Source: the human T2T-CHM13v2.0 reference genome, Homo sapiens. From it: a DNA stretch of 64,000 nucleotides. This document shows, one piece after another, positions 31,623 through 46,300 of the stretch. The notes under the pieces were generated by a model. It was not told the DNA's origin, ran no database searches, and worked only from the letters and a program-made list of their open reading frames with translations. The stretch is from assembly GCF_009914755.1 (NCBI RefSeq), contig NC_060925.1. The stretch is one strand, 5' to 3'. The translations under genes were made by a program, and so were the position numbers. Position 1 is the stretch's first letter. Each line of letters begins with the position of its first letter.

Positions 31623-34295
31623 TGAGGTTCAACAGACAGACAGGCAGCTTCCACCCAATTTTTCGTCTTTGCTTGGAACCAGCATCTGAACCCCCCGGCT
31701 GGTTACTGAAAGCTCAGGCAGCCAACCCTGTGGAAATATAGAGCGTTATCTAAATGCTAAATAGCAGCAGTAACAGCCGAGATGGGCTCTATGAACAATG
31801 TGTGGGCTTATTGGCTATCTCCTGCCTGCCATCCTTCTCCCGCCCCATTCTGTTCTTGAAAGCCTGTCGGGCCTGGTTAGTGCTCACACTTTGTCAGCAC
31901 CATGAGGATCTCTGAGGGGCCGAGGCCTGCACACACAGCAGGGCTGGGCAGGCTGCAGCCCCTGGAGGGGCCTGGAGATGGGGTGGGGTAGGCAGCGCAT
32001 GCAGTGGGGAGCTAGCTTGCTGGTGTCCAGTCCAGGGGCACTGCCACTGACCCTCGGGTGACCAGCAGATGAGTGACATCCTCGTACATCCTTGGGCTCC
32101 TCATTTGTAAAGAAAAGGAATTTTCTCACTGTCACTGAAAACCTACTATGCACCAGGTTTCCTAAAATTACATTTGTAGAGCAAGCCTGGGAAGTTCTCC
32201 ATTGTACAGAGAGACTGAGGCTCAGACTGGGAAAGAGACCCCCGGCTAGGGAGTGTTATAAATAGGATTTAGCCCAAGGCCGCCTGACTGCAGACCTCCA
32301 CTGTCTAACACGAGGGGCTGGGCTGGATCAGAGGTTTGCAAAATGTTTGTAGTGAAGGGAAGCTTTGTTCAAACAAAATCTCACCCAGAAATGCTTTATA
32401 GAAAGAAGATAAAAGCAGACTGGACCCGACTGAAGCAGGAGTCGGGGTGGGCGAGCAGGGGGTCGGTGGGGTGGGCCTTCTCTGATCCCTCCTTTCCACC
32501 CTGCAACCAACAGGGCTCCACTGGGGTACTTCTGGGGTCAAAGCTTCCCCAGGGTGAGGCTCACCTGGAGGATGTAACAGCAGCCACTTGGGGTCACTCA
32601 GAGGGTTGTGTGACCTGAAAGTTCATGAGTCCAACCTTCCCAGCTGGGAGGGACACAGGCCTTGCAGGGCTTCCCAGTTCTTACCCGAGTGTCCCTGCTG
32701 GCCTCTCCGTAGGTGACCCCAGGCCTGTGGATTATCCAGGCTGGGCTTCCTCCAGTCACCTCCTCCAGAGGGGCTGGACAGGGTAGCTCAGAGTCACTGC
32801 CTTTTGACCCTCTGATGTTAGAAATAGGGACTTGGAGAGGATCTTGATTCTCTAGCCTCCCACACCTTCACCCACACTGTGCATGGCTCACTGTGGACTG
32901 GCACGTGCTCAGAGGAAGCCTGGGCAGGACCCCACGTGGGGCAGGAACAGGGCCATGAAGAAGGTGTGGCCAGCGTGGCTGGGGGATGTCAGGACGTGGG
33001 CAGGGATATCCCCTGGGCTGGCACTGGAGCCCATGTCAGTAGGCTCTGGAGATGAGGGACAAATTCCAGAAAAGAGCCCCCAGGCTCAGGGAATGGGGTA
33101 TGGGCTCTGAGAGAGAGCAGGGGGCTGGGAGAGGGGAGGAGGGACCCTTGGGTGGACAGTCCGTCCCTGCAGGGGGTCAGATTGCTCTCAGAAAGATCAT
33201 TTTTGAAGAACAATTAAATCTCTCCTAAAGCAGGCTTAATAGTTCTTCTTCTGGGGCTGGGTTTGGGGTGTGTCTCCCTCCCAACCCCCTCCCAACACCC
33301 TCCCCTGTCAAATATCTGATCTCCAGGTTTCCATTCCTCGCTCCGACCGCTCCTGCTTCATTTCTCCACCCAGTAGTCTTCGGCTTATCAGAACACCACC
33401 ACCCACCCCAGACCCCAGACCTGACCCACACGCACCTGGGACCTGGAAATCCCGGATTCTAGTCCCAGCAATGCCCCTGCCTGTTCTACCCCTGCCTCAG
33501 TTTCCTCACCTGCACATTGAGGGTGTTGGGAGAGTGTCCCTGGGCCCAGGCGACTCTGGAAGTCTGCGACTTGAAGTGACTTGAAGCCGAAGTCTGTGCT
33601 CTCCTGTGCCCCCTCCCCCCTGCAGCTGGCGCCTGGCTCAGTAGGAAAGAGGCCAAGGAGCCGCCAGGATTGCACGCTGCCTCTGCCATCAGTCACTCTG
33701 GGTGGACTCTGAAAAGCCCATTTGGTTTATTAACACAAACACTCTTGGCATAAGCCCGGGAATGGCAAATTGGATGGGAGTTCACGGAAGTCAGGGGATG
33801 TGTTTATCACCTCCTGCTCCATCACCTGTCGCTGCTCCTGGCAGTTGGGGAATGGCCAGGCCTGGTCGCGGGGAGAAGCAGGGGTCAATAAAATCACCTC
33901 AGAAAGCCACTTGTGCTTGGCCGCAGGCTGCTATCTGCCCAGTAGCCAGGGGCCCGCTCTCTGATCTTGGTTCTACAGTCGGCTGACCAGTGCATGACCT
34001 TGGAACAGGTCCTTCTGTTGACTTGGCCTCAGTGAGCAGGGCCTTGAGGAACTGCAGGAATAGCCTGGACTGTGGCATCAGATCTTTCTCTGCTGGAGGC
34101 TGGCTGAGTGACCACGGATGCAACCTCCCACCTCTCCTTCCGCCGCTGAGCCTCACGTTCCCCAACTGTAAAGTGGGGATCTTGATTCATCTCTTTATTC
34201 ATTAGCCATTTATAATAAATGCCTCCTCTGTGCTAAGAACCATGTTGGAGCTTCAAAGATAATAATAGTAGTAGTAGTAGTAATAATAATAGCTA

Positions 34296-35009
<714 letters not shown>

Positions 35010-35209
35010 TATAGTAAGTGATTTAACCCTCAAAACAATGCAATGAGACAGGTACTGTCCATAGCCCCATTTCACAGATGAGGACCCTGAAGCACACTAG
35101 GTTACGGGTTCTAATGAGGACGATGGCACAGGTGACATTATGCCATCACCACTGTCAACGTCTTGGAGGGGTTGTTGTGGGGGCTGTGGGCTGCAAAGCA
35201 CAGTGAGGT

Positions 35210-35480
35210 CAGTTCCACATAACGAGATCAGGAAATGCTCAGGGAGAAGGTGACATTGAGTAGTGGCCAGGGGGTGGATGGTCACCCCTGAGACAGAAGG
35301 GGTGGGGGAGAGGGCATTCCAAGCAGAGGGAACAGTGTGTGCCAAGATCAGCCCAGTGTGTCTGGGACCAGCAAGTGTTTGGTAGGAACGAGTTCTGAGA
35401 GGAGAGAGACTTGAATATGGCTGAGACACATCATCTTCAGAGCATCTCTGACAAGATTCGAGGAGGCAGTTCCCACCCAA
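35210..35480 (-). mobile_element. L2 fragment
   Basis: GAGGGCATTCCAAGCAGAGGGAACAGTGTGTGCCAAG is an antisense L2 motif. Confidence 0.65.
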
Positions 35481-36839
35481 CGCGGAGCACCATGCCCCGG
35501 GCTGGAATTTGATGCCCTTTCTTCTCTCTGACTCCCAAGACTGTGGCGTACTGAGGATGGGATGGGTACTTTGAGCTCTTCAGGAGGGGCACAGAGGAGA
35601 TGCTTCTCTTCTGAGCATCTCTCAGAGGAACACTGCTTCTTGGGAGGAGCTGGGCTTTTCAGAGCCTTCTGGGCAGAAAGAAGTGGGCTGGGCTCCCTTA
35701 CCTGGAAGATGAGGGTCCTGTTAAGCTGGGAGCCATTTGCATTAATTAATGCCTTCTTTTCGTCTATTAATCTTGATAGCAGTGCGTGCCTGTTCCTGCC
35801 TGCTGGGTGCTGGGAGAGGTGAGATTTGTTCTCACTGCACCTCAAGAGGCAGTTCCTCTTTGGCGAGCCAGGTCTTGGGAAAAAGGTGAGGGCACCTGGG
35901 GCCATGGAGGGACATCATGGTCTTGGAATCAGGCTGGCTCCAGCCCTATTGCCATTTTCGCGATGAGGAAACTGCGGCTTGGTTGGAGTGACTTGTTCAA
36001 GGTCATGCAGCGGCTGTGGTGGAGTTGGGGGCGGCATCCAGTCCCCCAGAGCCAGGTCAGTTTCCCTGCACCAGAAATCTCTACACAGCCAGCTGCTCTT
36101 CGACAGAGGCTGAGGGACCTGCCCCTGTGCCCTCCCCTCTCTCCCGCCTTTTCTTCCCCTCTCCATCCTTCCCACTTTTGTTCTCCTCCTCCCCCGACCT
36201 CACACATCTGTTTCCAGTCTCCCCATTCCCCAAGCCCCTGGACCAGAGGGGAGCTCAGCACTGCCTGCGTGGGCTTTGTCTGCGAGGACGAGCAAGCAGG
36301 GAATGTAGGTCAGTCAGGGAGATGAATCGTGCATTGGAGGTGGGCGCGTGGATGAGGGAGGGGCTCCAGCGCCTGGTCGTGAGGGCTGCATCCTCTGGAA
36401 CACTCGAAAGCAGAAGTCGGAGGACTGGCCCCCACCCAGTGGTGTCTGTCTCTCCCAGCAGAAGCGAGGGAGTGGGTGGAGAACTCGTTCTGAGGTTGCC
36501 TGCCTGTCCTTTGAGCATCTCCAGTATCCGTCTGCTTCTCCCAACCATCTCTGTGGCTCTGCTCAGCCCTATCCCTTCATGCACTAGGACCCCATGAACG
36601 TGTCCTCACCCATCCTCCTTGATGCTGTCGGAGTGGTCTCTCTAAATCTGACCACACCTCTGCCTTGCTCCCATCCCTTCCATCTCTCCTCATCACCTGT
36701 TGGACACGAAGTTGGAGATCTCAGCTTGGCAAAGCCCTCCCTCTGGGATTGGGTTCCTCCAGCCTTGCCCCGTCTCTCACCCCCTGCCCACGTGCACCCA
36801 CATGTCACACTTGCAGTTCCACGGCAGGGCACACACTCG

Positions 36840-37083
36840 CTCCCTGGAGCATCAGCTCTGGGTCCAAATCTCAGGTCTGCCACTTACAAGCTGAGGGGTG
36901 GGCAAATCATTGACCTCAATATGCACTTGTTTCCCTATCTATAAATTGAGGAGTGTAACAGTGCTCCGCTCACATGTGAAGAGCTCTCATGGCACCCAGC
37001 AGAATGGAAAGGAGGTGCAATCGCAGGGCTATTTATTGCTCCTGCTGCCGCCGCCGCTGCTGCTGTTGTTGTTACTATTATTA
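36840..37083 (+). mobile_element. MIR with trinucleotide tail
   Basis: CTGGGTCCAAATCTCAGGTCTGCCACTTACAAGCTG...GGGCAAATCATTGACCTC. Confidence 0.75.
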
Positions 37084-38429
37084 GCCCCAGGGATGGCCGG
37101 CCTGGATGCCCTCAAAGGAGAGACCCATTTTGTTTCCATCTTTGGTTCTGCCCAGTGCTTGGTGCAGTGCCAGGCATACAGTAAGTTTTCAATGAATGCT
37201 GAGTGAGCAAATCAGTGAGTGGGGGAGGATCTATTCTCTGGGGACCCTCAATCTGATAGGGAGAGGACACACCTCAGACCTCAGGACCTCCCAGGCAGAC
37301 AAGGGAGGCAGGTTGCACTCATATACAAACGTTGTGGGGTTTCCAAAGGTGTCACTATTAGACTCTTTGGGTGTCCAGCGTGCACCAGCAGGTCTGCAAT
37401 AAAATCAGCCCACAACAGCACTATGGGGCAAAGAAATTCAAGAGGACCCACCTGGTGTGTAGCACAAGCAGGTTTGGGGAGACACCCCTGCTGTCTGCTG
37501 AATCTGCCTGCTGGCTCTGTGAGGGTGCCCCCTGGCCGCCCATCACAACCCCTCTGCTCTTGAGTGGTCTCTGCTGGGGAGCAGGAAAAGGGAGGTCAAC
37601 TAATGTTGCCTGACAGCCTCCAGGCCAGGGAGTCAAGGTTGGCTGCCATTTAAAGCTTCCTGATTGCCCAGCCCCTGCCTTCCAAAGGTGTCTGTCCTGA
37701 TGTCCTCCCACAAGCCCAGTTGGCTTCAGCAACCCCCCAACTCCCCAAATCCACACTCACATACCCTGAGCCAGGAGCATGCTCACCTGCCATCTGTTTT
37801 CACAATAGCCTTTCCAGGTGACAGCAGGAGCTCCATTTTACATTTGGGAAACTGAGTCACAGGTGCAGTGACTTACCCAAGGCCACACAGCCAGCCGTCT
37901 GCATAGCTGGGACTGGAACCAAGAAAAAGTCCCCACCCACTTCTCAGCGTCCTGCACCCTTCAACTCTGGAGATGTCGTGGAGGTTTTCCTGCCTCGGTT
38001 TCTCCATCTGCAGAGGCGCTCTTCCTCTGATCTCTGCTCTCCTCTCTGGGCTCTGCGGGGTTAATCTGGGCCAGCTCCAGGAGCACCTGGGACAAGACGT
38101 GCTATAAATAGTTTCTATGGCAGGTTGCCATCAGCCACCCTTGGGCTCCAGGGCATGATTCTGGTGCCAGCTGTTTGCCAGCCAGGCTGGGGTCACTGCT
38201 GGCAGCTCAGCCTCTTAGCAGCTTGCTTGTCTGGGACGTCGCTCAAAGGACAGTATGTCCTATGTGGTCTCCTCTTTTCTTGTAGTGAAAATCTCTTTTC
38301 TCTGATGCTTTTTCAGCCTCTTCTTCCCCAAGGAGGCTGGGTGGAGAGGATGACATTGGCTGTCACATTGGGCAGAGTCTGCAAATCTTCTAGGCCTCAG
38401 CTTCCACAGGTGGAAAATGGAGCCACACA

Positions 38430-38895
38430 CCCTAAATGGTGTCCCCAAGGATGTCAAGTTGTAATCCCTGGAATCTGCAAATGTGACCTTATTTGGAAAA
38501 AGGGTCTTAGTGGATGTGATTAAGTTAAGGATCCCAAGATAGGGGGACTACCCTGGACTATCTGGGTGAGCCCTAAATGCTATCACGAGTGTCCTCGTAG
38601 GAGGGAGGCAGAGGGGATTTCACACACACAGAGAGAAAGGTGCTGTGACATGGAGGCAGAGATTGGAGTGACACAGCCGTAAGCCGGGGAACGCTGACCA
38701 CTCCCTGAAGTTGCAAGGGGCAGGGAATCCGTTCCCCTTCTGCAGCCTCTGGAGGGAGTGTGGCCCTGCTGCCACCTCGAATTTGGCCAAGGGATGTTGA
38801 TTTCAGGCTCTGGCCTCCAGAGCTGTGAGAGAATGAATTTGTATTATGTCAACCAGTTTGGGGTGATACCTTAAGCAGCTTCAAGAAGCTAATAC
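38430..38895 (+). mobile_element. MLT1C-like LTR
   Basis: TAATCCCTGGAATCTGCAAATGTGACCTTATTTGGAAAAAGGGTCTT...GGCCTCCAGAGCTGTGAGAGAATGAATTT...AGCTAATAC. Confidence 0.88.
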
Positions 38896-39204
38896 TTTGT
38901 TTATAAAGATGTGGCTAGAGGTTCCTGAGAGAGAAGGAAGGGAGATTGAGGCCCAGGGGTTGTATGGGAGAGGGGAACAGGGATCTTAGGGCCGTGGAAG
39001 TATGACATTTGTGCCTAAAGGGGCTTTGTTGGCACAGACTGGGCTCAATGCGGGAGCAACGGACGCATTCAGCAAAGGTGGAAAAAGCTTCTTTAGTGCG
39101 CCTCCCCTCCCTCCCTCAATGCTCCCCTCCCCTCCCCTTTTCTCCTCATCCCCTCCCTTCCTCTCCACTCACCTCCCTTCTCTGTGTAGTGGCAGGTGAT
39201 ACAG

Positions 39205-39650
39205 GGCAGAGTTTCTCAGACATGGTGCATATTACAATCTCCTGGGAAATTTAAAAAGTCTTGATGCCCAGACTGCACCGAAGCCTTATTAAATTGGAGT
39301 CTCTATGCTGGAACATAGACATTAGTACTTTTGCTTTTTTTTTTTTTTAAGAGACAGAGTCTTGCCCTGTTGCCCAAGGTGAGTGCAGTGGCACAATCAT
39401 AGCTCACTGCAGCCTTGACCTTCTCAGCTCAAGTGATCCACTCTTGGCTTAATTTTTTACATTTTTTGTAGAGATAGGGGCCTTGCTATGTTGCCCAAGC
39501 TGGTCTTGAACTCCTGGCGTCAGGCGATTCTCTCACCTCGGCCTCTCAAAGTGTTGGGATTACAGGTGTGAGCCAACATGCCCAACTAGTACTTTCACTT
39601 TTTAAAGCACTATAGGCGATCCCAGCACACAGCCAACGTTGAGAACCCTG
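39205..39650. mobile_element. MER5A-like MITE split by Alu
   Basis: Ends are CAGAGTTTCTCA and GTTGAGAACCCTG, with internal GATGCCCAGACTGCACC. Confidence 0.75.
39335..39585 (-). mobile_element. AluJ with internal deletion
   Basis: J-type. Part of the right arm is missing after AAGTGATCC. TSD TAGTACTTT at 39323 and 39587. Confidence 0.9.
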
Positions 39651-39709
39651 GGTCTAGGGTTTGAGAGTCAGGTACCTGGTTCTAGCCCTGCTGTGTTCAG
39701 ACTTGCTTG

Positions 39710-40693
<984 letters not shown>

Positions 40694-41508
40694 TCAGTCA
40701 TTCTCCAGTGTCCCTTCCGGCCCTTACATGCCACGCCTCACCTCTCCACCTAGCTCCTAGACAAGGAGCTGCCTCTGGCTACATCAGGGTGAGCATAGCT
40801 CTGGGAGTCCTTGTGAGGCCAGGGGTGCTATGGGGGGCTGTGGGCAGCATGGGGCTTTGTAAACTGGAGGTGTGACTGGAAAAGGGGGACAGAGGGACAT
40901 GGTTACAGGTGCCCAGGAAATGTCCCAGCTATCCCAATGAAGAACTGAGCCATAGCTGCCTATGGCCTCTGCCTAGATGTAGATTCCATTGGTAGCCAGT
41001 GCCTGTTAGAGATCTGTCATCCAAGTGAAAACTCTTTTGGGGTGTCCATTTGGCCGTAAGTAGACCAGCAGAAATACATAAGGCACTGAAGTTGTCTGTC
41101 ACCTTGACCAGCTTCTGATGGTGAAGATGACAGTCTGGTGGGAAAGTGGAGAAACGTGCTTTGGAGTCTGTGGCAGACGTCATTCTGATTTCAGCTCTGT
41201 CACTCCTGTGTCACCTGGGGCAGGTCCCTCAACCTCTCTATCTCAGCTATCCATTCTCCTAGGCCTTCATCCGTGCCAATCACTGTGGCCAGGGAGATAA
41301 AATAGGCTGTCTGGCTAGACGTGGATCACATGCCCACTCCTGTGGTGGGGAGGGTCTTTGGCCTCACCCCTCCATGGACCCATCATAAGGAAGAGCAGGG
41401 TGCTGTTCCCCAAAGGAGAAGGGGATGGTGGGTAGGTGAAGCAATCAATGCCCCCTTGCCCACAGCAAGGCAGGGGCTGACACCCTGAAGGGGGTGTTGA
41501 GGATGAAG

Positions 41509-41578
41509 CGTGTGCGTGTGCGTGCATGCGAACACTTGTGTGTGTGTGTGTGTGTGTGTGTGTACGTGTGTGTGTGCA
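41509..41578. repeat. (TG)n microsatellite
   Basis: Read directly from the sequence. Confidence 0.95.
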
Positions 41579-43139
41579 TGAACACCCGGCATTTCTAGGA
41601 GCTCAAGAAGTGCTGGCTGACCTGGCTGCTGGTGAGTGGGAAGAAGATGTCAGGGCCAGGGTGATGGCATTGGGTAGTTTCTCAGAGGACAGTTTGGGTT
41701 CCCAGTAAACATTAAGTTGCTCCTAGCCTCCAACTCCAGCCAGCAGACAGCCCGGCTGGGAAGAGGTGGGTGCCTGTCAGTGCCTCCGTCTTTTCCCATC
41801 CAGCAGGCGGGCAGCAGAGCCAGGCATGGGAGAGGCTGAAGGCTGGTCTGTCAGGCTCGGTGTCTTTGGAACCCCTCCTCCAGGCCCCTGCTGACTATAC
41901 TTTCAAGCTTGTGGCCCGCCACCTCCCTCTCAGCTCCTCCGTGGCTGTCATACCTCCTGATGGGGGCCCAGGAGCACTTACTGGCCTCTCAACACATCCT
42001 CTGGGGACCCAACGTCTCCTCCGAGGAACTGGAGGCTCCTGATATTCAGGCCTCCAGGTCACCCCCACACTCTGCCTCCGCAATGTAGAGAGTGCCCAAG
42101 TCATGAACACAGGCTTTGGGGAAGGACAGATCTCAGTTCAACTCTCAGCCCTGCTGTTCACTGGCTGAGCAATTTAGGGCAAGTTGCTGGACTTCTTGAA
42201 GCCTCTCTTTCTCCTCTGTATACAATAAGGGTAATCATGTTTTTTTCTGCAGGATTATGTCAGGATGAATGAGGATGATGTGGGTAAAGCACTTGGCCTT
42301 TGCTGCATAGATGTTATCTGCACTCCCCAAAGTCCTGTTGTATGTTCTTGAACTGTTTTGTGCATTTTTGTCTTAGCACTGGACCAGCCAGGATCATTGA
42401 AATCTCTCCTAAATTGTCCCTCAAACCCCAGAGAAGAGTTTTCCAGGGCATCCCAGAAGGTACAAGAAATTGGCTGAATGAGACAGAAATGGACTTAGTT
42501 TTCCCAGGAAAGAAATGTATCCTGCGGGCTTCCATTTCCCACCACGAGCTGAAGCTGGTCCCAGAGTAGGAGCTGACAAATGTAGGTCCTTTCCTGCTTT
42601 GGCGAATCTGCCTCCAGGATGCACTGAGTTGCTGCGCTAGAAATGGAAATCCTCAGACGGCCTTGAGGAGCTCCCCATCCAGTTATTTTCACCCCTCAGT
42701 CAGGCATCATTGGCCTGAGCCCCAGGGCCTCCTGTCCAGGGTCATGACTTGAGTGGAAACCAATTCGTGAGGGGGTCTTTTAGTTTTATAATCAGCACGG
42801 TGCTTGACCACTTGCTGTTTCTCTCCCAATAGAGAGTAAGGAGGTGATCTGCACAGGATTAAAACAGGATTCCTGGGAACAATGCTTTCTAGGCCTGCTT
42901 CTTCCCTGGGTCAAGGGCCTCACTCTTCTGGACTCCTGTTGGCTGCCTGGTTGGAATATTCTTCTCCGTTGTATAGATGGGTAAATTGAGGCCTAGAGAA
43001 GTTAGATGACAAAAGCCTTGGCCAACCATGTAGCCAGTTGGTGGTGATGCTGGGACTAGAACCTGAGCTTCCTGACTCCTGGTTTGGAGCTGTCTACTCA
43101 GAGGTCTGCTAGCAGATGGGAATTATGGCCAGGATTGCT

Positions 43140-43151
43140 TTTTTTCTTTTG

Positions 43152-43215
<64 letters not shown>

Positions 43216-43219
43216 TCCT

Positions 43220-43258
<39 letters not shown>

Positions 43259-43325
43259 CTCTCTCTTTCTCTCTCTCTTTCTTCCTTCCTTCCTTCCTTT
43301 CTTTCTTTCTTTCTTTCTTTCTTTC
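43140..43325. repeat. Compound (TTTC)n/(TC)n/(TTCC)n microsatellite
   Basis: Read directly. About 185 bp. Confidence 0.97.
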
Positions 43326-43366
43326 AAAAAACAAAACAGATTCTTATATTAAAAAAATTGTAGTAA

Positions 43367-46300
43367 TGCAAGAGAAAACAAAAAAGAGCAAGAGTCACTA
43401 TTCTTGTATCAGATAAAATAGACTTTAAACCAACATCAGTAGAAAAGGACAAAGAAAAGCATTACATAATGATAAACTGTTCAATTCAACAAGAAGCTTA
43501 ACTATTCAAGCTATATACACACTCAACATTGGAGCACCCAGATTTGTGAAACAATTACTTCTAGACCTAAGAAAAGACTTTGATAACCACACAATAGTGG
43601 TGGAGGACTTCAACATCCCACTGATAGCATTAGACAATTATTGAGGCAGAAAGCTAACAAAGACATTTTGGACTTAAATTTGACACTAGACCAATTGGAC
43701 CTAATAGACAACTACAGAATATTCCACCCAACAGCCACAGAATATACATTTTTCTTATATGTACACAGAACATACTCTAAGAGTGACCACATGCTCAGTC
43801 ATAAAGCAAATCTCAATAAATTTAAAATAATGAAACCATACCAAACACTCTCTTAGACCACAATGGAATAAAAGTAGAAATCAATACCAAGATGAATTCT
43901 CAAAACCACAAAAATACAAGGAAACTAAACAACTTGCTCCTGAATGACTTTTGGGTAAAAAAAATAAATTAAGGCAGAAATAAAAAAAGTTCTTTGAAAC
44001 AAATGAAAATAGAGACACAACATACCAAAACCTCTTGGGATATCAAAAACAGTGTTAAGAGGAAAGTTTATAGCATTAAATGCCTACATCAAGAAGACAG
44101 AAAGATTCCAGATTAACAACCTAATCTCACACTGAAAGGAGCTAGAAAAACAAGAATAAACCTAAAGCTAGCAGAAGAAAAGTAATAACTAAACTCAGAA
44201 CAGAACTAAATGAAATTGAGGCTGCCTAAAAGTGTACAAAGGATGAAGAAAACAAAAAGTTGGTTCTTTGAAAGGATAAACAAGGTTGATAGACTGCTAG
44301 CTAGATTAGCAGAGAAAAAGAGAGAAGACCCAAATAAGCACAATCATAAATCACAAAGGTGACATTACAACTGATCCTACAGAAATGCAAAAGATCTTCA
44401 GAGACTACAATGAACATCTCTATGCACACAAACTAGAAAATCTAGAGGAAATGATAAATTCCTGAAAACACACAACCTCCCAAGATTAAGTCAGGAAGAA
44501 ACAGAAATCCTGAACAGACCAATAATGAGTAATGAAACTGAATCCGTAATTAAAAAAAAATCCCGACCAACCAAAAAAAGTCCTGGACTAGATGGATTCA
44601 CAGCTGAATTCAACTAGGCATACAAAGAAGAGCTGGTACCAATCCTACTGAAACTATTTCAAAAAATTGAAGTGGCATGACTTCTCCCTAACTTATTCTG
44701 TGAAACCAATATTGTCCTGATACCAAAATCTGGCAAAGACACAACAAAAAAAGAGGAAACTACAAGCCAGTATCCCTGATGAACATGGACCCAAAAATCC
44801 TCAACAAAATACTAGCAAACTGAATCCAGCAGCCCATCAAAAAATTAATTCACCATGATCAAGTGGGCTTTGTTCCTGGATGCAAGCACGGTTCAATATA
44901 TGCAAATCAATAAATGTGATTCACCACGTACACATATTTAAAAACAAAAACCACATGATCATCTCAGTAGACACAGAAAAAGCATTTGATAAACTCCAAC
45001 ATTCCTTCATGATAAAAACCTTCAGCAAATTAGGCATCAAAGGAACATTCCTCAAAATAATAGGAGCCATCTATGACAAAGTCATGGCCAACATCATACT
45101 GAATGGGTAAAAGCTGGAAGCATTCTTCTTAAGAACTGGAACAAGAGAAGTATGTCCACTCTCACCACTCCTATTCAACATAGTCATGGAAGTCTTAGCC
45201 AGAGCAACCAGTCAAGAGGAAGAAATAAAAGGCATCCAAATAGGAAAAGAAGAAGTCTGGTGATTTGATTCTATATACCTAGAGAACACTAAAGATTCTG
45301 CCAAAAGACTTCTAGACCTGATAAACAACTTTGGCGAAGTCTCAGGATACAAAATCAGTGTACGAAAACCAGTATAATTTCTGTACACCAATATTGTTCA
45401 AGCTGAGAACCAAATCAAGAGTGCAATCCCACTTAGCAACAGCCACACAAAAAATAAAAACTTAAGAATACATCTAACCAAGGAGGTGAAAGATCTCTAT
45501 GAAGAGAACTATAAAACACTGCTGAAAGAAATCATAGATGGAACAAACAGATGGAAAAACATTGCATGCTCATGGATTGGAAGAATTAATATCATTAAGG
45601 TGTACACATTGCCCAAAGCAATCTACAGATTCAATGCTATTCCTATCAATTTGCCAACATCATTTTTCACAGAAAACATGTTCTAGAATTCATTTGGAAC
45701 TAAAATTAAAAAAAAAAACCAAATAGCCAAGACAATCCTAAGCAAAAAGAATAAAGCTGGAGACATTACATTACCTGACTTCAAACTATACTACAAGGCT
45801 ACAGTAACCAAAACAGCATTGTGCTGGTAAAAAATAGGCATTGTCTGGAACAGAATGGAGACCTCTGAAATAAAGTCGCACATGTACAACCAACTGATAT
45901 TTGACGAAGTCAACAAGAACAAACAATGAGGAAAAGAGGAAAAAGTACCCTATTTAATAAATGGTGTTGGGAAAACTGGCTAACCATATGCAGAAGAATG
46001 AAACTGGATCCTTATTGCTCATCATATACAAAACTCAAGATGGATTAAAAACTTAATGTAAGACCTCAAACTATAAAAATCCTAGAAGAAAACCTAGAAA
46101 ATGCTCTTCTAGACATTGGCTTAGACAAAGAACTTATGTTAAAGACCCCAAAAACAAATGTGACAAAATTAAAAATAGACAAATGGGACTTAAACTAAAG
46201 AGCACAGCAAAAACAAAAAACAAAAAGCTATCAATAAACAAACAACCTAAATAATGGGAGAAATATTTGCGAACTATGCATCCAACAAAGGTTTAGTATC

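Noticed and set aside
36898-37206. Poly-Leu stretch resembling a signal peptide or transmembrane helix
   Set aside because: It is the trinucleotide tail of a MIR, between MIR and L2-like sequence.
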